DNA of 32,000 nt from Thermithiobacillus tepidarius DSM 3134. GTDB lineage: Bacteria > Pseudomonadota > Gammaproteobacteria > Acidithiobacillales > Thermithiobacillaceae. This document shows positions 18,497 to 26,413 of the stretch, piece after piece. Location: NCBI RefSeq assembly GCF_048300925.1, contig NZ_CP133759.1. One strand, given 5' to 3'. A model generated the notes under the pieces. That model did not search any database and was not told where the DNA came from. It worked only from the letters and a program-made list of their open reading frames with translations. Every line of letters begins with the position of its first letter. The first letter of the stretch is position 1. Made by a program: the position numbers and the translations under genes.

Positions 18497-19426
18497 TCAT
18501 GGATGGGCGGACACGGGGCGAGGCGGCAACAAGGCCAGGGGATCCTGCGGCCGGCCCTGCTTGCGGACTTCGAAGTGCAGGAGCACCCGACCCGCGTTGC
18601 CCGACTGCCCCATGCGCGCGATCACTTGTCCCGCTTTAACCCAGGCGCCTTCCTTGACCAGGAGCTGCGCGTTGTGGGCGTAAGCGGTGATGTAATTATG
18701 CTCATGACGAATGATGATAAGCCGACCATAACCGCGCAGTCCACTCCCGCTGTACAGAACGCGCCCAGCCGCCGCTGCGCGCACCGGGTCGCCCAGCTTG
18801 CCGCCGATGTCGATGCCGTGGCGCATGCCCGGCCCCGGATCGAAGCGCGCCAGGATGGGCCCGTCGGCGGGCCAGCTCCACGCGGACGCTGCCGGGGTGG
18901 GCTGGGCCGCCGCGGCGGCGGGTTTGGTGTTCGGCACCGCCTTGGGTGTCTCGCCGGCGGGAGCCGCGGCTTTGGGCGCTGGCGGCGGGCTTGCCGTGGC
19001 GGCCACCGCCGGCGCAAGGTCCTGGCCCTTGGGCGCGGCGGGCAGGGAAATGGGCGTGACGGACACCTCCGGCGCCGGGTCGGCGGCGTCCGCGGCCGGG
19101 CGGGCATCGGCAGTGGCAAGGCGCGTATCCGGATCGGGGGCGCGCAGGCGCAGGATCTGACCCACGAGCAGCGTGTCCGGCGAGCTCAGGCGGTTCCACT
19201 GGACCACTTGCGCCGGGCTCAAGCCGAAGCGGCGGGCGATGACGTTCAGGGTGTCGCCCGGCTGCACCCGATAGGTGGCAGGGGGCGGCGATGGACGGGA
19301 AACGACCGGGACGGCGGCATTGAAGGATTTGCTGCTGATCGGCGCCGGGGGATGGGCGGCGCAGGCGCCGAGCAGCAGGCAGGCGGCACCAAGCAGGCTT
19401 CCTCGCATGTAAAGCCGCCCGTGCAT
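18497..19426 (-). CDS. nlpD: LysM + M23 peptidase-domain lipoprotein NlpD
   Basis: Lipobox LLLGAC, LysM domain ([24 protein letters not shown]) and a Pro/Ala-rich linker are present. The M23 domain is [44 protein letters not shown]...HFEVR. The start is ambiguous (GTG 19429, ATG 19426, ATG 19408). Confidence 0.88.
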   Translation of the reverse strand: MHGRLYMRGSLLGAACLLLGACAAHPPAPISSKSFNAAVPVVSRPSPPPATYRVQPGDTLNVIARRFGLSPAQVVQWNRLSSPDTLLVGQILRLRAPDPDTRLATADARPAADAADPAPEVSVTPISLPAAPKGQDLAPAVAATASPPPAPKAAAPAGETPKAVPNTKPAAAAAQPTPAASAWSWPADGPILARFDPGPGMRHGIDIGGKLGDPVRAAAAGRVLYSGSGLRGYGRLIIIRHEHNYITAYAHNAQLLVKEGAWVKAGQVIARMGQSGNAGRVLLHFEVRKQGRPQDPLALLPPRPVSAHP

Positions 19427-19436
19427 CACAACCCCT

Positions 19437-20069
19437 TCAACACACCCCGGACAGCAGCGGCACGAAGCAGCATTCGGTCAGCGTCTCCATCTGCACGCCC
19501 TGCGCGTCGCGCCGGAACACCACCAGGCGCTGCTGTCGCCCTTCGCCCAGCGGCATCACCAGGCGACCGCCCGGCTGCAGCTGGGCGATCAGGGCCTCCG
19601 GCGCAAAGCCGGCGGCGGCGGTGACCAGTATGCCGTCGAAGGGCGCCTTCTCCGGCCAGCCCTGGGCGCCATCACCGTGGCGCAGGACGATGCGGGTCAA
19701 GCCCATCTCGCGGAAGCGGGCCTGCGCCTGCTGATGGAAAAAGGCGAGCCGCTCGATGCTGTAGACGTAGGGCACCAGGGCCGCCAGCACCGCCGTCTGA
19801 TAGCCGGAGCCGGTGCCGATTTCCAGCACCCGCTGCAAGGGGCCGCCGGCCAGGAGCACTTCGGTCATGTGCGCCACGGTCCAGGGCTGGGACAGGGTCT
19901 GGCCGTAGCCGATGGGCAGCGCCGAATCCTCGTAGGCGCGGCTGGCCAGGGCCTCCTCCACGAAGAGATGGCGCGGCACCTCGTAGATCGCCCGCAACAC
20001 CATTTCGCTCTTGATGCCCTGGGCGCGCAGGCGCTCCACCAGGCGCGCGCGCGTGCGCCGGGAAGTCAT
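19437..20069 (-). CDS. pcm: Protein-L-isoaspartate O-methyltransferase
   Basis: MTSRRTRARLVERLRAQGI..VL.A...VPRHLFV aligns with the E. coli Pcm N-terminus. SAM motif VLEIGTGSGYQTAVLA is present. An upstream ATG at 20108 would overlap surE by 31 nt. Confidence 0.9.
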   Translation of the reverse strand: MTSRRTRARLVERLRAQGIKSEMVLRAIYEVPRHLFVEEALASRAYEDSALPIGYGQTLSQPWTVAHMTEVLLAGGPLQRVLEIGTGSGYQTAVLAALVPYVYSIERLAFFHQQAQARFREMGLTRIVLRHGDGAQGWPEKAPFDGILVTAAAGFAPEALIAQLQPGGRLVMPLGEGRQQRLVVFRRDAQGVQMETLTECCFVPLLSGVC

Positions 20070-20077
20070 GCCTACCC

Positions 20078-20839
20078 CTAGTTCTCGTGGTGGGTGCTGC
20101 TTAACCATTGGCTTAGCGTATCAAGAAAGACGTAGCGCGTCATGTCCAGGTTCAGGGGCGTGATGGACACGTAGCCCCGCCGCACCGCGTCGAAATCCGT
20201 GCCGAGCCCGGCGTCCGCCTCGCGGCCGGCGGGGCCGATCCAGTAGACAGGCTCCCCGCGCGGATCGCTTGACTGGATGACCGGCTCGCTCTTGTGCCGG
20301 CGCCCGAGGCGGGTCACTTCGAAGCCGCGCAGTTCCGCGTAGGGCAAGTCGGGCACGTTCACATTGAGGATGGTATCCGCGGGCAAGGGGTTGCTCAGTA
20401 TGCGCGACACCAAGTCCAGGGCCACCCGCCCGGCCGTGGCATAATGGGTATAGTTAGTCCCCACCAGGGAAATCGCAACGGCCGGCAAGCCCAGGAAGCG
20501 GCCCTCGGAGGCCGCCGCCACCGTGCCCGAATAGATGACGTCATCGCCCAGGTTGGCGCCGCGGTTGATGCCGCTGATCACCATGTCGGGCTCCTCGGGC
20601 ATCAGCCCGGTCACGGCCAAGTGCACGCAGTCCGTCGGGGTGCCGTTCACGTAAAAAAAACCGTTCTCGCCGCGGCGGCAGCGCAGCGGCCGGTCGAGGG
20701 TCAGGGAGTTGCTGGCACCGCTGCGATCCCGGTCGGGCGCCACCACCACGAGCTCGCCCATGCTGGACAGTGCTTCGGCCAGCACCGCCAGGCCGGGCGC
20801 CAGGTAGCCATCATCATTGCTGAGCAGAAAGCGACGCAT
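20078..20839 (-). CDS. surE: 5'/3'-nucleotidase SurE
   Basis: 253 aa. [47 protein letters not shown] and NVNVP are all SurE signatures. Confidence 0.92.
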   Translation of the reverse strand: MRRFLLSNDDGYLAPGLAVLAEALSSMGELVVVAPDRDRSGASNSLTLDRPLRCRRGENGFFYVNGTPTDCVHLAVTGLMPEEPDMVISGINRGANLGDDVIYSGTVAAASEGRFLGLPAVAISLVGTNYTHYATAGRVALDLVSRILSNPLPADTILNVNVPDLPYAELRGFEVTRLGRRHKSEPVIQSSDPRGEPVYWIGPAGREADAGLGTDFDAVRRGYVSITPLNLDMTRYVFLDTLSQWLSSTHHEN

Positions 20840-20971
20840 GCGGTATCTACGGAAATTGAAGGAAGCCGCCGAGCACCCGTTTTCCGGTTCTGGCTCAACG
20901 GGGCCGACAAGCGGCCGCTGCCGCCATCTTACCCGCTTTTCCCCGGCGGCAAAAGCGCGCTGCCGGCAGCA

Positions 20972-21607
20972 TCAGCGGTATTCGACCAGCGCTTCGAGCG
21001 GCAGCCGGTGGCGTGCCGGCTGGGGCTGCGCCCGATAGCCCAGCGGCAGGATGAGCGCCACTTCGTAACGCCTGCCGTCGATGTCCAGCACCTCCCGGAC
21101 CGCCGCCGGATCGAAGCCGCCGATGGGGCAGGAGTCGATGCCGATGGCGGCGGCTGCCGTCATCATGTTGGCGGCGGCGATGTGGCACTGGGCGACGCTC
21201 CAGGCGACCAAGTCGACGCGTTGCGCAAAGTCCGCATAGAACCGGAGCAGGCCCTCGTATTCCGCCTGCGGCACCTCGCGCTTGAGCAGGGCGCGGACGT
21301 ACTCGCTGTCCGGCGCCAGCTCCGCTTTCTTGGCCAGTATGACGACGGCGGCGCTGCACGAGCCGAGTTGCGGCTGGTCGCCGCAGGCGCCTTGCAACTG
21401 CGTCTTCAGCGCCGGCGTCCGGACCACGATGAATTTCCAGTGCTCCAGGCCCATGGAGGACGGGGACAGCCGGCCCGCCTCCAGGATGAATTCCAGATCC
21501 TCCCCCGGTATCTGCCTGGTCTTGTCGAAATGCTTGCAGGCATGGCGGAAGCGGAGCGCGCTCAGGAGGGTTTCTTTCACGGGCTGTGTCTCTGTTGGCA
21601 GTGGCAT
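20972..21607 (-). CDS. NAD(P)H nitroreductase family protein
   Basis: 211 aa from the ATG at 21607. ..LRFRHACKHFD....I....L..ILEAGRLSPSS.GLE.W.F.VV......, ..AAANMMTAAAAIGIDSCPIGGFD and ...LPLGYR fit the nitroreductase fold family. Confidence 0.78.
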   Translation of the reverse strand: MPLPTETQPVKETLLSALRFRHACKHFDKTRQIPGEDLEFILEAGRLSPSSMGLEHWKFIVVRTPALKTQLQGACGDQPQLGSCSAAVVILAKKAELAPDSEYVRALLKREVPQAEYEGLLRFYADFAQRVDLVAWSVAQCHIAAANMMTAAAAIGIDSCPIGGFDPAAVREVLDIDGRRYEVALILPLGYRAQPQPARHRLPLEALVEYR

Positions 21608-21660
21608 CAGGCAAGCATAGCAGCCGGGACACGGGAAGCAAGCCCGCGGTCGCGGGTGCA

Positions 21661-21690
21661 ATAAAAAGGGGCCAGGTTGCCCCGGCCCCC
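21661..21690 (-). terminator. Rho-independent terminator after the propeller gene
   Basis: The minus strand reads GGGGCCGGG-GCAA-CCTGGCCCC (9-bp stem including one G:U pair, 4-nt loop) followed by TTTTTAT. It starts about 25 nt after the stop at 21715. Confidence 0.7.
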
Positions 21691-21714
21691 GCGCGGCAGA
21701 AGCCGCCAATACGC

Positions 21715-22770
21715 TCAGTACTTGAGTTTGCCCAGCTGATTGCCCCGGGTCTCAGTGAACCAGACGGTCTTGCACTCATCGTCGATCGCCAGCCCCATCG
21801 GCATACTGACCGGCGTGGGGATGCGGTGCTCGATGATTTGCGAGCTTTCGGGCGCACTGGGGTTCGGGATCAGCTGACCGATCTGATTACCCTCCATTTC
21901 CGTAAACCAGACATTGCCATACATGTCCTGCATGGCCATCATGGGCAAGCTGGCTTTGGTCAGGATCTTGTAGAGGGTGATCTTCTTGCCATCCAGACTG
22001 ATGGAACCGATGCGGTTGCCCAGGGTCTCCGTGAACCAGACGACGTTCTGATCCGCCTGCATGGGCATGTAGCTGATGCCCATCGGGCGGGCGAGGCCCG
22101 GCAGCTCGTAGCGCTCGAACTTGCCCGTCGCTGTCCGGTATACGCTCACCTTGCCGCTGACCGACTCGGCAAACCAGACATCGCCGTTCTTGTCCACCGT
22201 CAGACCGGTGGGACCGGCGCGGCCCTTCCCGGGGATTTTGTACTCCACCACCTGACCATTGGGGAGCCTCTTGGTGATCTGATCCCGCCACATCTCCGCA
22301 AACCAGATGTTGCCTTGCGCGTCTTCACCGACGCCCATGGGCATGCTGGCAGCGGAGGGAATGGAGGTCTCGGTGTGCTCGCCAGAGGTCTTCATGTTGG
22401 TGATGTAGTTCCCAACAGCAGAAACCCAAGCGCTGTTGTCCTTGGAATCCACGCGTATGTTCATTGGCCCACTGGCCGGTGACATGTCGTAGATGGCCCA
22501 AGGCTGGGCAGGGTCCGAAACGTAGGCAAGCTTGCCGGCCGTGAACAGGCCGACCCATAGCTTGTGATCACACGTCTGGCCGCCTGCGGGCTCACTGGTC
22601 AGCCCGACGTGCAGTGGCATGGACACCGGGATCGGGGAGCGGAACTCCTCGATGACGGCGGCGGAAGCCTGCACGGAAAACAGACCGAACGACGCGACCA
22701 CGACCAGATCGCGAAGCAGCTTGCTGCCCGAACGAACCTTGCCGGCTACGGTTTCTTTCTGGAAAGACAT
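21715..22770 (-). CDS. Secreted 7-bladed beta-propeller protein, Vgb / streptogramin-lyase-like repeat family
   Basis: 351 aa from the ATG at 22770, preceded by GGAGG. The signal peptide is ..LLRDLVVVASFGLFSVQASA. Seven repeats are present (KLWVGLF, SAWVSAV, NIWFAEM, DVWFAES, VVWFTET, NVWFTEM, TVWFTET), each followed by ..G..IG.. as in Vgb-type WFTE blades. GC is lower than in neighbouring genes. Confidence 0.7.
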   Translation of the reverse strand: MSFQKETVAGKVRSGSKLLRDLVVVASFGLFSVQASAAVIEEFRSPIPVSMPLHVGLTSEPAGGQTCDHKLWVGLFTAGKLAYVSDPAQPWAIYDMSPASGPMNIRVDSKDNSAWVSAVGNYITNMKTSGEHTETSIPSAASMPMGVGEDAQGNIWFAEMWRDQITKRLPNGQVVEYKIPGKGRAGPTGLTVDKNGDVWFAESVSGKVSVYRTATGKFERYELPGLARPMGISYMPMQADQNVVWFTETLGNRIGSISLDGKKITLYKILTKASLPMMAMQDMYGNVWFTEMEGNQIGQLIPNPSAPESSQIIEHRIPTPVSMPMGLAIDDECKTVWFTETRGNQLGKLKY

Positions 22771-23023
22771 AGTACCTCCACGATTATAGTTATTGACTAA
22801 ACAGAACGCCTTACCCCGAAAACCGTTCGAGGCAGCCAACGTCCATCGGATTGAGCAGTCTCTTGGTTCTATCACCCCCTTTTTCTTTCTCTACGCTGAT
22901 TGATCTCTCCCCGGTTCCGCTTGGCCACACTGGCTTCAGCGCGCAGAAATCGAACTGATAATTACTCTAAGAATCAATTAAATATTTTGGGTCACCTGCG
23001 GTGGAGCCAATCTCTCGAAGGAT
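22771..23023 (-). other. AT-rich non-coding spacer (probable promoter/regulatory region of the propeller gene and end of the secretion operon)
   Basis: No credible ORF on either strand. A spot count of 22951-23010 gives 22/60 G+C. No convincing -35/-10 or sigma-54 match could be fixed by eye. Confidence 0.4.
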
Positions 23024-23587
23024 TCAGCCGCCGAGCGGCGGGAAGAATGGCGGCACCGCCAGTTGCTTCGGGGCGTACACGAACCACCATTCCGAGTACT
23101 TGTCCTTGCCGGCAAGTCCCCGATCGGCCGCGTGGAAGTTGCCGGTTTTTAGCGGTTTGTCCGTCGACAGGCTGTAAACTCCGATGATGCCCCCGCTCGG
23201 CTCCTTCACCAGGCCCCATTCCGCCTGGCCCGTCAAGGGATCGCGGTAGAGCCGGCGCAGATAGCGCTGGGTGGTGATCTGGCGCGGGTCTTTGAGCAGG
23301 TCCTCCAAGCGCCGGGGATAGGCCTTGGCGCCGCCGGGAGAGCGTTCGTAGTACTGGCCGATGGCCTCCCGGAATTGGTTGCCGATGAACAGCAGTTCCT
23401 TTTCTTTCTCCCGCTGCTGCTGGGTGTGCCAAACCGTGCCGGTCAGGGAAAGACCGGCTCCCAGCAGGACCATCGCCAGCAGCAGTCCCAGATAGGTGAA
23501 ACCGCCCTGCCCGCCGGCCACGCGGGCCGGGTCCGCCGCTGTAGAGGCTGCCGGCCGCAACCGGGCGATCCTGTGAACGCTCGACAT
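23024..23587 (-). CDS. Atypical prepilin-type pseudopilin lacking Glu+5
   Basis: 187 aa. The N-methylation-type site is GQGG|FTYLGLLLAMVLLGAGL, with Gly instead of Glu at +5. The ATG at 23587 abuts the upstream stop and gives a 29-aa leader. The in-frame GTG at 23521 would give a 7-aa leader. The C-terminal region has KYSEWW, resembling the YSEW/YREW ends of its two neighbours. Confidence 0.7.
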   Translation of the reverse strand: MSSVHRIARLRPAASTAADPARVAGGQGGFTYLGLLLAMVLLGAGLSLTGTVWHTQQQREKEKELLFIGNQFREAIGQYYERSPGGAKAYPRRLEDLLKDPRQITTQRYLRRLYRDPLTGQAEWGLVKEPSGGIIGVYSLSTDKPLKTGNFHAADRGLAGKDKYSEWWFVYAPKQLAVPPFFPPLGG

Positions 23588-23983
23588 TCACCACTCGCTG
23601 TAGGGCGTGCCGTCCGAAGCCTTGCCCGACGCCCCGCTCTTCACATCGAAAACGCCGCTTTGCTCCGGATCGTCCGGCATCACCGCAACCCAGGTGCCGC
23701 TGCTGCCGGTGAAGGGGTCGACCGGCAGTTTGCGCAGGTATTTCCCGGTCACCAGCGCATCGAGGTCTGCCGGATACTTGCCGGTATCGCCATAGTACTT
23801 GTCGATGGCATCACGCATGAGGCTGAGGTCCTGGCGCAGCACCGCCTCCTGGGCGCGCTCGGTCTGGTGCATGTAGCGCGGCGCCACGATCGTCAGCAGC
23901 GTGGCGATGATGGCCATCACCACGAGCATTTCGATGAGCGTGAAACCGTTTGCCTGCTTGCTCTCGTGCATGGGAATCACCAC
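23588..23983 (-). CDS. GspG-like pseudopilin (type II secretion / type IV pilin N-methylation domain)
   Basis: 131 aa. ANG|FTLIEMLVVMAIIATLLTIVAPRY with Glu+5. The GspG-like body reads LR.DL..MR.AID.YY.DTGKYP..L..LV...YLRKLPVDPF and ends PYSEW. The track start is GTG at 23983; the alternative is ATG at 23971. Confidence 0.8.
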   Translation of the reverse strand: MVIPMHESKQANGFTLIEMLVVMAIIATLLTIVAPRYMHQTERAQEAVLRQDLSLMRDAIDKYYGDTGKYPADLDALVTGKYLRKLPVDPFTGSSGTWVAVMPDDPEQSGVFDVKSGASGKASDGTPYSEW

Positions 23984-24492
23984 TCGCGGTAGGGAATGCC
24001 GTTGAGGCCGGTCCGGTCGTTGCGCGAGTACACGTCGAAGACGTCCTCGCCCGCCTGCGGATCCTCCGGCGCGCTGGCATAGCTGCGCAGGCCCCAGGTC
24101 TCCTCGGCCGGGATGCCCGGATCCGACACCATGGGGTCGCGGGGGATGCGGCGCAGAAAGTAGATCTTCGCGCGGCCAGGATGCTTGGCATCCTCGACCC
24201 CGGCGGCCAGCGCCTGCAGGCTGGGCGGATAGCCGGAGGCATCGGCCGCCCTGGTGATGCGGCCCTCGTCAACGGCCTGTTTGTAGGCATCGATGGCCGT
24301 GCGGATCTCGCGCAGGGCGCTGCGCAGTTCCTGCTCCTTGCTGCGCTGCACCGCGAGTTCGGCCATGGGCATGGCCGCGGTCGCCAGAATCCCCACGATG
24401 GCGACCGTGATCACCAGTTCGATCAGGGTGAAGCCATCGCAGCGGCTGCCGGAGAGGCGGACGGGCACGCCCTGGCCGCGCTTACTCGCCAT
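23977..24492 (-). CDS. GspG-like pseudopilin with long leader
   Basis: 171 aa. RCDG|FTLIELVITVAIVGILATAAMP with Glu+5, a 20-aa leader from the ATG at 24492, and ..LREIRTAIDAYK...RIPRDPM... ending IPYREW. It overlaps the secretin stop by 11 nt. Confidence 0.8.
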   Translation of the reverse strand: MASKRGQGVPVRLSGSRCDGFTLIELVITVAIVGILATAAMPMAELAVQRSKEQELRSALREIRTAIDAYKQAVDEGRITRAADASGYPPSLQALAAGVEDAKHPGRAKIYFLRRIPRDPMVSDPGIPAEETWGLRSYASAPEDPQAGEDVFDVYSRNDRTGLNGIPYREW

Positions 24493-26413
24493 TCTCCTGA
24501 TCCTCCGGCTCGGTGGCGGGCAGCGTCGCGTTGGCGCCCGGGGTGGCCTGGGCCGGTGCGGGAGCCGCAGGCGGCGTACCGGACGGGGGCGGTGTCGCCG
24601 GCTGCTCCGCTGCAGGGGCAGGCACTGGCGCAGGCTCGCTCACGGGCAGGCTGCCGCGCAGGTTCAGCGAGGCGCCACCGACGGCTGCATCGGTGCCGGC
24701 GGCGAAGTCCACCGCCGTGGGCAACGGGCGATCCAGGTTGCGCACGATGTGCGGCGTGATCAGCAGCACGATCTCGGTTTTGTCCTTGCTCTTGCTTCTG
24801 CTGGCGAACAGACGGCCGATGGCCGGGATCTGGCCGAAGCCGGGGATGCCGGTGACGGTCTTGCGCTCCTGATCGTTGATCAGACCGGCCAGGGCCTGGG
24901 TTTCGCCATCGCGCAGGCGCAGGGTGGTGGAGGCATTGCGGGTGCCGACCCGGTACACCTCGCTGCCGCTGCGGGTCACGGTTTTCTGCCCGAGGCTGCT
25001 GACCTCCAGACCGACTTTGATGGATACCTCGTCATCCAGCGAGATGAGCGGCTCCACTTCGAGCTTGATGCCCACGTCGAGGTAGTTCACCGTTTCCGGC
25101 AGGAAGCTCGTGGTGCCGGCGGAGGTCACGGTGGTGGTGATGACCGGCACCCGCTCACCGATGTGCACCTTGGCCTTCTCCTTGTTCTTCACGCGGATGC
25201 GCGGGTTGGCCAGCAGGTTGGTATCGCCGTTCTCCATGCGGGCCCGCACGGTGGCGGACAGGGGCGATACCCCGACGCGGCTCGCGGTGATCTGCTGGAG
25301 ATCGGCCAGAGTCAGCGTGGGCGGCGCGAGGCCCAGAGTGGTCACGGTGGCCTCGGTGGGCGGCGTGATGCCCAGATCCGTCAGGCGCGTGCGGCTCACC
25401 TCCAGCACCTCCACCTCCAGCAGCACTTCCGGCTCGGCCAGATCCTGGGTCGCCAGCACCTTTTCCGCCAGGCGGATGGCGTCGGGCGTGTCGCGCATGG
25501 TGAGGGTGTTGAGCTTCTCATCGATGAACACGTCGCGCGTCTTGACGATGGTCTTGATCAGGTTGAGCGCCTGTTTGGCGTCGGCATTGGCGAGATAGAA
25601 GGTCCTGACTCGCAGTTCCTGATAATCCCGGTTCTTGGCCGGGATGTTGGGATAGATCAGCACGCTGTTCTCGTTCAGCACCTTCTTGGCCAGCTGGTTG
25701 GTCACCAGCAGGAAATCGATGACATCCTCGATGGTGGTGTTCTTGACGAAGAGGCTGGCCTTGAGGTCGGGCCGGACATCCTTGTCGAAGAGGAAGTTGA
25801 TGCCGGCTGTCCGGGAGATGACTTCGAAGATGGCCTTCAGATTGGCGTCGCGGAACTCCAGGGTGATGGGCTTTTTGAAGGTCGATTTCAGGGTCGGCGC
25901 CGCGGACTTTGCCTGCGCCGCCTGCTCCTCGACCCGTTGCAGCAGGGCTCGCGCCTGGCGGTGGCGCGGATTCTCGGCGAGCACGGCCTGCAGCTTCGCC
26001 GTCGCTGCGTCGGCATCGCCTTGGCGCGCCAGCGCTTCGGCATCCGCCAGCAGGGCCTCGTGGCGCCGCTCCGTCGCAATCGCCGCCATGCCCGCCCGTG
26101 CGCGCTCGCTGCGGGGGTCGACGGCCAGGACGCGCTGGTAAGCCGCTTCCGCCGCGTCGTAGCGGGCCAGCACGCGCGCCGTGTCGGCCTCGCCGAGCAG
26201 CTTGTTGACGGCAATTTCGCGCTGGCGGGCCAGGGTAATGCGGTATTCCTTGTTGCCGGGCTCGAGCCTGACGGCTTTTTGCAGCTGTTCCAGCCCCATT
26301 GCGGCCTTGCCTTCGTTGAGGAGGCGGTTGCCCTTGCGGTAAGCCTGATCGCCTGCGCAGCCGGATACGGCGGCAGCGATCACCAGAGGTGCAATCAGTT
26401 TCTTCAAACTCAA
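24482..26413 (-). CDS. Lipoprotein secretin (GspD/PilQ superfamily) with N-terminal TPR region
   Basis: 643 aa. The TTG start forms a TTGA overlap with the upstream stop. Lipobox AAAVSGC. About 170 aa of TPR-like repeats follow (..LQKAVRLEPGNKEY.., ..YQRVLAVDPRSERA.., ..LQAVLAENPRHRQA..). Next come N0/N1-like modules (ITLEFRDANLKAIFEVISRTAGINFLFD; FYLANADAKQALNLIKTIV). The secretin core is LLANPRIRVKNKEKAKVHIG..VPV and GIPGFGQIPAIGRLF......K.EIVLLITPHIV. It ends in a Pro/Ala-rich acidic tail. Confidence 0.85.
   Translation of the reverse strand: MSLKKLIAPLVIAAAVSGCAGDQAYRKGNRLLNEGKAAMGLEQLQKAVRLEPGNKEYRITLARQREIAVNKLLGEADTARVLARYDAAEAAYQRVLAVDPRSERARAGMAAIATERRHEALLADAEALARQGDADAATAKLQAVLAENPRHRQARALLQRVEEQAAQAKSAAPTLKSTFKKPITLEFRDANLKAIFEVISRTAGINFLFDKDVRPDLKASLFVKNTTIEDVIDFLLVTNQLAKKVLNENSVLIYPNIPAKNRDYQELRVRTFYLANADAKQALNLIKTIVKTRDVFIDEKLNTLTMRDTPDAIRLAEKVLATQDLAEPEVLLEVEVLEVSRTRLTDLGITPPTEATVTTLGLAPPTLTLADLQQITASRVGVSPLSATVRARMENGDTNLLANPRIRVKNKEKAKVHIGERVPVITTTVTSAGTTSFLPETVNYLDVGIKLEVEPLISLDDEVSIKVGLEVSSLGQKTVTRSGSEVYRVGTRNASTTLRLRDGETQALAGLINDQERKTVTGIPGFGQIPAIGRLFASRSKSKDKTEIVLLITPHIVRNLDRPLPTAVDFAAGTDAAVGGASLNLRGSLPVSEPAPVPAPAAEQPATPPPSGTPPAAPAPAQATPGANATLPATEPEDQENGE

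Noticed and set aside
20840-20971. Hairpin CGCTTTT..AAAAGCG downstream of the nitroreductase gene as a terminator
   Set aside because: The 7-bp stem encloses a poorly paired 10-nt interior and is not followed by a T-run on the minus strand. That is too weak to call.
22783-22788. Perfect TATAAT hexamer (minus strand) just upstream of the propeller gene
   Set aside because: It ends only 3 nt before the GGAGG Shine-Dalgarno (22779-22775), so a transcript initiated from it would begin inside the RBS. No acceptable -35 lies 16-18 nt upstream. It probably just reflects the AT-rich composition.
22771-23023. Looked for a sigma-54 (TGGCAC-N5-TTGCA) promoter and for mobile-element scars (inverted/direct repeats, att-like sites) in the AT-rich spacer
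   Set aside because: The TGGC-containing stretches (TGGCTGCCTCGAACGG, TGGCCAAGCGGAACCGG) lack a GC dinucleotide at the -12 spacing. No terminal repeats, integrase, transposase or tRNA gene were seen anywhere in the window.
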